Source of the DNA: Planctomycetota bacterium
Lineage (GTDB): Bacteria; Planctomycetota; UBA1135; GCA-002686595
Reading direction: 5' to 3'
Assembly: GCA_047618565.1 (NCBI GenBank)
Contig: JBLHKW010000001.1
Coordinates: forward strand, 99,019 to 163,018
Length of the DNA: 64,000 nt
In this document: positions 17,331 through 24,539 of the stretch, in pieces
How the letters are laid out: each line of letters opens with the position of its first letter
How positions within the stretch are numbered: the stretch's first letter is position 1
The notes under the pieces: generated by a model
The model's input: only the letters and a program-made list of their open reading frames with translations
Told to the model about the DNA's origin: nothing
Databases searched by the model: none
Made by a program: the position numbers and the translations under genes

Positions 17331-19418
17331 ATGGGTCTCCTGGACACCCTCCCGATGAGTATCGACAACCCGCTACGAATTCAGTCCGCCCGCACCGAGA
17401 TAGACCGTCTCGACGACGAGCTACTCCAGATCCTGGCACGGCGCATGAAGGCCGTGCACGAGGTTGGCCGCGCCAAGGGGCGCGAGACCGGGATGCGTTT
17501 GCTGGACACCGGGCGCGAGCGCGGGTTGCTCGAGCGATGGCGGCGGCGGGCGGAGGCCACGGGCCTTTCCGAGCAGCTGGCCGGAAGAGTGCTGCGCGAG
17601 GTCCTGAACCACTCTCGTCGTGCCCAGGAAGTCGACCAGGGGGACCGCTCGTGGGGTTTCGCAAGCGTTCCGCGTGTTGCCTATCAGGGCGAGGTGCATT
17701 GTTACAGCGACCTGGCCGCCACCAAGCTCTTCGAGACCCGTTCACGCATCGGCGCGGAGCGCGTCGGGTACCGGACGTTCGCGGATGCCATCGATGCGCT
17801 GCGCGCCGCGCGCGTGGACTACGCGTTGCTACCCGCCGAGAACAGCATTGCGGGCAGTATCCCCGAGCTGAACCAGCTTCTAGCGGAGCGCGATCTGTAC
17901 GTGGTCGATGAGGAAGTCTGGGAGGTGGAGCACGTGCTCGCAGTGCGCCCGGGGACGGAAAAGGCTCGCATCACGCGCGTTCGGTCGCACCCCGTTGCGC
18001 TGGCGCAGTGCGGCGCGTTCCTGTCGGGTCTGCCCGGAGCCACGCCCGAGCCCTGGCACGATACGGCGGGCGCCGCTGCAGCGCTGGGCACGGGAACCGA
18101 CGACCAGCCAGGGCACGAAGGCGTGGCCGTGATTGCCTCCGAGGAGGCTGCACTGGCCCACGGCCTGACCATCGTCAAGCGCCATATCGCGGACCAGCAG
18201 CACAACGTCACGCGCTTCTTGCTGCTCGCACGTGCACCCGAGGTCGCGCCGCGCGGACTGGCCACGAAGACCTCGTTGCTGATCACCCTCGACCACCAAC
18301 GTGGAGCTTTGGCGGCGGTACTCGCGGCCTTCGCGGCACGTTCGATCAACCTGACTCGAATCGAGAGCCGGCCAGATCCCAGGACACCCTGGCAGTATCG
18401 GTTCTTCATCGATCTCGAGGGGTCTGGCGAGGATGAGAACCTGAGGCGAGCACTCGAGGAGGTGCGCTGCCACTGCAATCTCCTGCGCGAGCTGGGCACC
18501 TACCCGATGCGGACGAAGGAGGGCGAGCACCTGAAAGGGCCGGAACGCCAAAGCGTTCCGCGCCCCGCTCTCCTCGCTCCCGTTGAGGTCCCTGGCGATT
18601 CCGTGCCTGCGGAAGCACCCGACGCTCCCGGTCGGGTCGAGTCCGCCGTTGTCAAGGTGGGCGACACGTCCATCGGTGGGCAGCAGTTCGCGCTGATCCT
18701 GGGCCCCTGCGCGGTCGAGAGCCGTGAACAGATTCTCGAGTCGGCTGAGATGGCAAGGCGCGCCGGTGCCTCGATCCTGCGCGGCGGTGCGTTCAAGCCG
18801 CGCACCTCACCGCACTCCTTCCAGGGGCTCGGCAACGAAGGCCTGATCCTGTTGCAGGAGGCGGGCCGGTCCGTGGAGCTGCCCGTCGTCACGGAACTGA
18901 TGCGTATCGAGGATCTCGAGGCGGTCGTGCAGACCGCAGATATGATCCAGGTCGGCGCGCGCAACATGCAGAACTACGCCCTGCTGCGCGCACTCGGTCG
19001 TGTCGATCGGCCAATCCTGTTGAAGCGTGGACTCAGTGCCACGGTCGACGAGCTGCTCTCGGCTGCTGAGTACATCACCGCAGGCGGCAACCAGCGCGTC
19101 GTCCTGTGCGAGCGTGGGATCCGCACCTTCGAGACGGCCACGCGCAGTACCCTCGACCTGGGCGCCGTTGCGGTGCTCAAGACGCGCACTCACTTGCCGG
19201 TGATCGTCGATCCGTCCCACGCGGCGGGTGCGAGGCACCTGGTGGTCCCGCTCGCTCTGGCGGCGGCCGCGGTCGGTGCGGATGGCCTGATCGTCGAGGC
19301 GCATCCGAACCCGGCGCAGGCCCTGTGCGACAAGGATCAGGCCCTCACAGCGGCGGACCTGAAGACACTTGTTCAGGGCCTGCAGCCGATCCTGCACTCG
19401 CAAGGGAGAGTCTTGTGA
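17331..19418 (+). CDS. Fusion protein: chorismate mutase + prephenate dehydratase + ACT domain + type I-beta DAHP synthase
   Basis: - CM: IDRLDDELLQILARRMKAVHEVGRAK.
- PDT: RVAYQGEVHCYSDLAA..ENSIAGSI.
- ACT: TSLLITLDHQRGALAAVL..ESRP..WQYRFFIDLEG.
- DAHPS: LILGPCAVES..GGAFKPRTSPHSFQGLG..VDPSHAAG..
All four lie in one frame with no stop. Confidence 0.9.
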   Translation: MGLLDTLPMSIDNPLRIQSARTEIDRLDDELLQILARRMKAVHEVGRAKGRETGMRLLDTGRERGLLERWRRRAEATGLSEQLAGRVLREVLNHSRRAQEVDQGDRSWGFASVPRVAYQGEVHCYSDLAATKLFETRSRIGAERVGYRTFADAIDALRAARVDYALLPAENSIAGSIPELNQLLAERDLYVVDEEVWEVEHVLAVRPGTEKARITRVRSHPVALAQCGAFLSGLPGATPEPWHDTAGAAAALGTGTDDQPGHEGVAVIASEEAALAHGLTIVKRHIADQQHNVTRFLLLARAPEVAPRGLATKTSLLITLDHQRGALAAVLAAFAARSINLTRIESRPDPRTPWQYRFFIDLEGSGEDENLRRALEEVRCHCNLLRELGTYPMRTKEGEHLKGPERQSVPRPALLAPVEVPGDSVPAEAPDAPGRVESAVVKVGDTSIGGQQFALILGPCAVESREQILESAEMARRAGASILRGGAFKPRTSPHSFQGLGNEGLILLQEAGRSVELPVVTELMRIEDLEAVVQTADMIQVGARNMQNYALLRALGRVDRPILLKRGLSATVDELLSAAEYITAGGNQRVVLCERGIRTFETATRSTLDLGAVAVLKTRTHLPVIVDPSHAAGARHLVVPLALAAAAVGADGLIVEAHPNPAQALCDKDQALTAADLKTLVQGLQPILHSQGRVL

Positions 19419-20596
19419 TCCAGCGCGGCTGCAGTGTGCAGCTCAGTCGGCTGGCGCGGTCGGTGCGCGAGTCGGCGACCATGGCGGGCAGCAGCGCACC
19501 CATTCCTCATCCGCACCCGATCAATCTCGCGATAGGGCAGCCCGCCGAGGGCCCGGCGCGCGTGGTGATCGAGGCCGTGGTCAAGGCCGCGCGCGACGGT
19601 CAGACGCGCTACGGTCCGCCCGCGGGCCTGCCAGCGCTGCGCGCCCTCGCCGCCCGGGATCAGTTTGAGAAGACTGGAATCACGCGCGCCGTCAAGGAGG
19701 TCATCATCACTCCCGGCGGCAAGCCGGCGCTGCTCGATGCCCTGCGCTGCATGCTGGATCCCGGAGATGAGGTGCTGGTCCTCGCGCCCTACTGGCCGTC
19801 CTTTCTGCAACAGGTGGAGCTCGCCGGTGGGCGCGCTCGCATCGTGCCGCCCGGACCCGGCCTGCTACCCGATCCGGATACGATCGCCGCAGCCTGCACG
19901 GAGCGCACGCGCGTCATCATCCTGAACGACCCCTGCAATCCGACTTCCCGCACCCTCGGCGCCAGCCTCCTGCGACGCATCGGCGAGGTCGCCCATCAGC
20001 GCGGCCTGTGGATCCTGGCCGACCAGGTGTACGCAGACCTGGTCCTCGATGGGGATCACGTCCCCTTGCTGGCCGTTGCGCCCGAACTCGCCGAGCACAC
20101 CGTGGTCGTGGAGAGCTTCTCGAAGCGTTTCGCCATGACGGGCTATCGGGTCGGCTACGCGTGCGGTCCTGCGCCCGTGATCGGGGCCATGACGCGTCTC
20201 GCGACCGCATCGACCACCTGCGTCAACTCCCTGGCCCAGCACGCCGCCATCGCGGCTCTGTCCATGGACGACACCTGGATTAGGGCGCAGCGCGCGCGTT
20301 ATCGACGCCGTCGCGACCGCGCTTGGGCGCTGCTCGAGTCCCTGGGATGCGCCCCGGCGTGTCTGCCCGATACGGCGTTCTACCTGTTCTTCCCCGTGCC
20401 GCCGGGGGCAGAGGATGATGCGATCGTGCGCGATCTACGCCTGAACGAGGGCTTGACCGTGCTCTCGGGGAGCGACTTCGGAGCGCCCGGCCACATCCGC
20501 CTCTCCTGCGGGGCGTCGGACGCCGAGCTCGATGAAGCGGGTCTTCGCCTGAGGCGCTTCCTGGGCGCGGCGACCGTTTTCGACGCCCCCCGCTAG
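19415..20596 (+). CDS. Class I/II pyridoxal-phosphate aminotransferase (aspartate/aromatic/prephenate type)
   Basis: GTG 19415 overlaps the upstream TGA (GTGA), with GGGAGAG just upstream. N-terminal LSRLARSVRESAT and the PLP-lysine motif SFSKRFAMTGYRVGY are present. An alternative start is GTG 19436. Confidence 0.9.
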   Translation: MIQRGCSVQLSRLARSVRESATMAGSSAPIPHPHPINLAIGQPAEGPARVVIEAVVKAARDGQTRYGPPAGLPALRALAARDQFEKTGITRAVKEVIITPGGKPALLDALRCMLDPGDEVLVLAPYWPSFLQQVELAGGRARIVPPGPGLLPDPDTIAAACTERTRVIILNDPCNPTSRTLGASLLRRIGEVAHQRGLWILADQVYADLVLDGDHVPLLAVAPELAEHTVVVESFSKRFAMTGYRVGYACGPAPVIGAMTRLATASTTCVNSLAQHAAIAALSMDDTWIRAQRARYRRRRDRAWALLESLGCAPACLPDTAFYLFFPVPPGAEDDAIVRDLRLNEGLTVLSGSDFGAPGHIRLSCGASDAELDEAGLRLRRFLGAATVFDAPR

Positions 20597-20771
20597 CAGT
20601 CCGTTGAAAAAGTCCCGTAGCGAGACGAAGCCATCTTCGTCGCAGCAAGGAGTGCGAAGTCGAGACGGCGGAGGCGGCCCTGTAGGGCCGCTGAGCACGG
20701 CTCGACGAGCACGACGCAGCGGCGGCGGAGAGGGCGAAGTCGAGCAGGGAGTTTTTAGGGCGGGCTGCTAG
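20593..20771 (+). repeat. Type-1 palindromic MITE/REP-like element (179 bp) flanked by CTAG on both sides
   Basis: The termini CAGTCCGTTGAAAAAGTCCC and GGGAGTTTTTAGGGCGGGCTG are inverted. Internal hairpins are GACGAAGccatCTTCGTC and GCGGCCCtgtaGGGCCGC. It is the reverse complement of 42770-42897 except for a ~51-bp internal insert. Confidence 0.85.
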
Positions 20772-22516
20772 TGCGGCCGGAGGTTATTGCGCCCCCTGGG
20801 CCCCTGCAGCCCCCCGACTGCCCTGAATGTCCGACCGGTTTCGATGTGCGTGGCCGTCACTGAGTAACACGCCAGGCCGCCGCCCAGGTTGCGTGGGTTG
20901 TCGAGCTCAATGAGTACCGGCGCAACGCTTTCGGGCGCAACCTGGATGGGCTGCTGCGAGAGGATGCGCGGATTGATGGGGCCGTCCACGGTCGAGCGTC
21001 GCTTGCCGCAGCGAGTTCCAGAGGGCTCGCCGCGCACGGCGACGGTGAACGTGCCCGTGAGTCCAGTCCCGTTGATGAGGTTGCCGGTGGTGGTGACCGT
21101 GGGGACCAGGATAGGCGTGAAGGGGATGCCGATCACGGGTTCGAGCTCCGTGTAGATCTTGCACTGACCGCTCGTGTGCGAATCGAAGGTCAGTTCGACC
21201 TCGAGCGGCTGGAGCGCGCGAAAGAAGATCTGAACTTCGTCGAGTCCTCCGATGAGGTCCAGGCCGACGCCTGCGCCTCCATCCTGGGCGAAACGCAGCG
21301 GGAGGGCATTGGTCAGGCTCCCGGGCGCAGGCGTCGGGTCAAACGTCGTCGCGATCCCGTCGATCCAGATCGTGCCGCCATCGATCTCGCTACGGTCGAC
21401 CCCCACGACGATCTGAGACCATTCGCCAGCGGCGAGCGCTACGGTCGAAGTTGCGGTCACACTGGCGAGCGAGGCGTCGACCATGGTGAAGCCCACGGTT
21501 CCATCGGTATTCACGACGACCGTGTAACCGGCGCCGGTGAAGATCGGAGGCGACTTCGCGAACAGGGTCTGGTCGGTGCCCAGCGCATCGACCTTGACCC
21601 AGGCTACGATCGAGAAGTCGTCGTCGTCAAGCTCGAGTTCCATGGCCGTCGGGATGGAGACGCCGCTGGCGAGGAATGCGAGCGATGTGTCGACGTATCC
21701 CGGGGTGGGCGTGGGCCCCGCGATGTGCGTGCCGTGCAGTCCATAGATGACTTCGTACGCCGTGGTTCCGGATAACTCGTCGAGGGTCCACCACGCGAGC
21801 AGATCGTCGGGTGGATGGACGCAGGGCTCGCACTGCAGCGAGACCATGTCGAGGTAGTAGTAGGCGCTGCCCGGGTGGAGTGGCGGATCGGGCCCGAGCC
21901 CGGCCGGGATACTGGCGCTGCTCGTCGCGTCGTGGAAATTACCGATGGTGACGAACTGCTCGCCACCCTCCGCGACGAAGGTCCCATCGAGTTCGATCCA
22001 CTCCAAGATGTCCGTGAGGAATGTGCCCGCGGGCGTCTCGAACTGGGGCGTGTACGGCAGGTTGAAGTAGTCGCCCGCGCTGATGGCCGTGTCAGAGAGG
22101 TAGGCGCCGATCCTGTCCGTAGCGACAGAAGAATCCTCGGCCAGGCTCAACTGCATCGAGAAACGATAGGTCTTTCCGGACTCGAGCCCGGTCCCGAGGA
22201 TTGGAGTTTGCACGTACTCTCGATATCCGATGGGGGTGTCGGACAGAGCGAAGAATGCCGCGTAGGCGTCACCGTGGAAAGCGTCCTGGAATCCGAGCGC
22301 ATTCAGGGGCACGCCTGTGACGCCGCTTGTGTCGCAGGCGTTGAAGTAGTCCGACGACCCCAATGTGGGCGCCGTCCACAGGATCGAGCAGGTGATCTCG
22401 GAGGGTCCGCTCGGGCAGCAGGTGAACTGCTCGAAGCTTGGATTCGGAATCAGCTCCTGACCGAATGCGGACAGGCTCGTTCCGATTGTGACGGCGACAA
22501 GAAATACTCTACGCAT
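20768..22516 (-). CDS. Secreted LamG/concanavalin-A-like lectin domain protein
   Basis: The signal peptide is MRRVFLVAVTIGTSLSAFGQ. The LamG_3-like block is LAWWTLDELSGTTAYE..DDFSIVAWVKVDALGTDQTLFAK. Its stop TAG lies inside the right CTAG of the repeat. Confidence 0.8.
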   Translation of the reverse strand: MRRVFLVAVTIGTSLSAFGQELIPNPSFEQFTCCPSGPSEITCSILWTAPTLGSSDYFNACDTSGVTGVPLNALGFQDAFHGDAYAAFFALSDTPIGYREYVQTPILGTGLESGKTYRFSMQLSLAEDSSVATDRIGAYLSDTAISAGDYFNLPYTPQFETPAGTFLTDILEWIELDGTFVAEGGEQFVTIGNFHDATSSASIPAGLGPDPPLHPGSAYYYLDMVSLQCEPCVHPPDDLLAWWTLDELSGTTAYEVIYGLHGTHIAGPTPTPGYVDTSLAFLASGVSIPTAMELELDDDDFSIVAWVKVDALGTDQTLFAKSPPIFTGAGYTVVVNTDGTVGFTMVDASLASVTATSTVALAAGEWSQIVVGVDRSEIDGGTIWIDGIATTFDPTPAPGSLTNALPLRFAQDGGAGVGLDLIGGLDEVQIFFRALQPLEVELTFDSHTSGQCKIYTELEPVIGIPFTPILVPTVTTTGNLINGTGLTGTFTVAVRGEPSGTRCGKRRSTVDGPINPRILSQQPIQVAPESVAPVLIELDNPRNLGGGLACYSVTATHIETGRTFRAVGGLQGPRGRNNLRPH

Positions 22517-22739
22517 CGAGACTCCTCTGTGGTGCGGGATGCGTCGGGCTACAGGAGGCCCCTTGGGGGCTGAGGCTGGCGCTGACGCGGGTACCTACAA
22601 CTGGCTCTCATCTTATGCGCAGGACATCTTTTTTGGGCTTTTGATCGACCGCGGCGCCGCACTCCTCGGGCCGCGGTCCACAACGGCCCGGGACCTGGCC
22701 CTTACGGGTGTGTCTGTGGCTCCGCGGCTCCCAGACTCA

Positions 22740-22958
22740 CTTGTTCCGCCGGTGGGCCTCGTAGATGCCGAGGTCGGGGTCGTGAGCATCCTTCGCGAGC
22801 TCGAAGATCGTGTCGTTGGTGCTGAGCTCGGGACGGTTCGATGTCGTGATATCGATGCCGCGAGCACCCTTCGGGCCCGCTCTGAACCCGTGGATGTTGT
22901 TGCGTGGATTGCCGATCAGGTTGATGCGGGCCTTGCTCCAGCAGCTCGAATAGGAGCG
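22740..22958 (-). other. 73 coding-like codons continuing in frame after the TAG stop of the upstream phosphodiesterase gene (no start codon of their own)
   Basis: After TAG 22961-22959 the same frame reads RSYSSCWSKARINLIGNPRNNIHGFRAGPKGARGIDITTSNRPELSTNDTIFELAKDAHDPDLGIYEAHRRNK* (TGA 22739-22737). It is Asn/Ile/Lys/Asp-rich and GC3-biased, and contains no ATG, GTG or TTG in frame. Confidence 0.4.
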
Positions 22959-24392
22959 CTACTCGGGGTCCTGGCTGGGTTCGTCGTCCTCGCCGGGCTC
23001 GCGCAACGCGTAGCCCAGGGCCTGGAAGGAACGGATGAACTTGCGGTCGAGGCCGCGGCCAGGGACGATCGACTCCGTCGACTCCCGGAACCAATCGTCG
23101 TCGCTGGCCACCGTCTGGGGCGGATGATCGGCGCGCCAGTCTTCCTTCAGCATGCGCTCCAGATCGACGCCCCGTCCCACCTTGGGCCAGTGGTCCGGGA
23201 CGGGCTCCTGCATCAGGTGCAAGACGAGCGGCGCCACGTCGAGCAATCCGCCCATCATGCTCTGCCGCACCTTGGGGATCATGTTGCCAAGCTGGCGTAT
23301 CTCGGGCCCCATGGCGGCGATCACGCCGACGACGTCTCCTGCATGGTTGCCGGTCACGGGGCGCTCGGGATCGTTGCGCGCGATATCGAAGACCCGCATC
23401 CCGTGATCGGAAAGGACGATGATGTTGGCGTTGTCCGGAGCGGCGTCGACGATCGTTCCAACCAGGCGGTCAGCCTCCTCGTAAGCGAGGTTGACGTAGT
23501 CGGCGAAGTCGGAGCGTTTAGGCTCGGATATCTTAATGTTGAAATCCTGCGGCCGATGGCTGCTCCAGAAGCGGTGGCCGGCAACGTCCGGCAGCGCCAT
23601 GTAGACCATGTTCAGGTCGGCCGGCTCCGTGCGCAGGAGCTCGGCCGCGATGGCCGCGAAGGAGAGGTCGGCTGCGTAGGTCCAACCCAGCACCGAGACG
23701 GAGTCGGTGCTGACCTTGTCGAGCATCGTCGGCTGCGGAAAGCGCTTCCAGAGTCGTGATCGGATCTCCTGCGCGTCGCGCGCGAAGATCATCAGGGGCC
23801 GTGTGCGCTCGACAAGTTCGGCCGGGAAGGTCTGATCGCGGAGCTTCTCCCAGGTTCCGGGCTTCCAGACGACGCTGGCCTGGGCCTGCGCGGCGTAGCT
23901 CGCGACCATGTTTCCGTTGACGGGTTCTGCGGGCCAGGTCACCCACCAGCCGACGCAGTTGACCGTGCGATCGCGCTGCGATGCGATGTTCCAGAGAGCG
24001 GGCACCTTGCGCGCGTTGCTCGTGAACGGGTGGTCGTTCGTATCCTGGAAGTCCACGATTCCGTGCTTCTCCAGCGGCTGGCCCGTGGCGATCGTCGTCC
24101 ACAGAACCGGCGACAGGGTCGGGCTCATCGTGCGTAGCCTGCCGATGGTGCCCTTGTCCGCAAAGCGCTGGAAATTTGGCAAGCGGCCCGCCTGCAACAG
24201 ATCGTCGAGCACCTTCGGGTCCAGGCCATCGACCCCGATCACGACAACCGGGTTGACGGTGCCGACCTGGGTCGCGGGCTCCGTGGCCGGGCTGCAGGCA
24301 ATGCTCGCAAGCCATGTGCCGGCGAGCAGGACGAGGCCGGGCCCGCACGTGGGGGCCAGACGCCGGGCGCGGAGCGGAGCTGCGGGTTTCAT
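22959..24392 (-). CDS. Alkaline-phosphatase-superfamily type I phosphodiesterase / nucleotide pyrophosphatase-like lipoprotein
   Basis: The start is ATG 24392 and the lipobox-like segment is LASIAC. NPP-type N-terminus: VVVIGVDGLDPKVLDDLLQAGRLPNFQRFADKGTIGRLRTMSPTLSPVLWTTIATG. Confidence 0.85.
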   Translation of the reverse strand: MKPAAPLRARRLAPTCGPGLVLLAGTWLASIACSPATEPATQVGTVNPVVVIGVDGLDPKVLDDLLQAGRLPNFQRFADKGTIGRLRTMSPTLSPVLWTTIATGQPLEKHGIVDFQDTNDHPFTSNARKVPALWNIASQRDRTVNCVGWWVTWPAEPVNGNMVASYAAQAQASVVWKPGTWEKLRDQTFPAELVERTRPLMIFARDAQEIRSRLWKRFPQPTMLDKVSTDSVSVLGWTYAADLSFAAIAAELLRTEPADLNMVYMALPDVAGHRFWSSHRPQDFNIKISEPKRSDFADYVNLAYEEADRLVGTIVDAAPDNANIIVLSDHGMRVFDIARNDPERPVTGNHAGDVVGVIAAMGPEIRQLGNMIPKVRQSMMGGLLDVAPLVLHLMQEPVPDHWPKVGRGVDLERMLKEDWRADHPPQTVASDDDWFRESTESIVPGRGLDRKFIRSFQALGYALREPGEDDEPSQDPE

Positions 24393-24485
24393 CGGCGGTC
24401 GTCGGCTTGAAGCATCAGGGGCGGGGCGCGATGGGCTGTCGAGCATAGATCGTACGCTCCCTGCCGCCAGCCGTCGACCGCCGGG

Positions 24486-24539
24486 CTAGCCCGATCTATT
24501 CATGACCACGCGGACGAAATACCACGAACGGCCTGCTAG
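24486..24539. repeat. Remnant (solo terminus) of the type-1 repeat between two CTAG sites
   Basis: CGAACGGCCTGCTAG at 24525-24539 matches the family terminus CAACGG(G/C)CTGCTAG. Its TAG, on the minus strand, is the stop of the sulfatase-like gene. A second CTAG lies at 24486-24489. Confidence 0.35.

Noticed and set aside
22959-22961. TAG reassigned to a sense codon (or pyrrolysine), as an explanation for the two in-frame TAGs at 22959 and 43395.
   Set aside because: At least ten well-supported genes in the window end at TAG followed by hairpins, repeats or convergent genes. The IS110 TAG sits where the family has Trp, a single G->A change away from TGG. No pyl genes or PYLIS-like context is evident.
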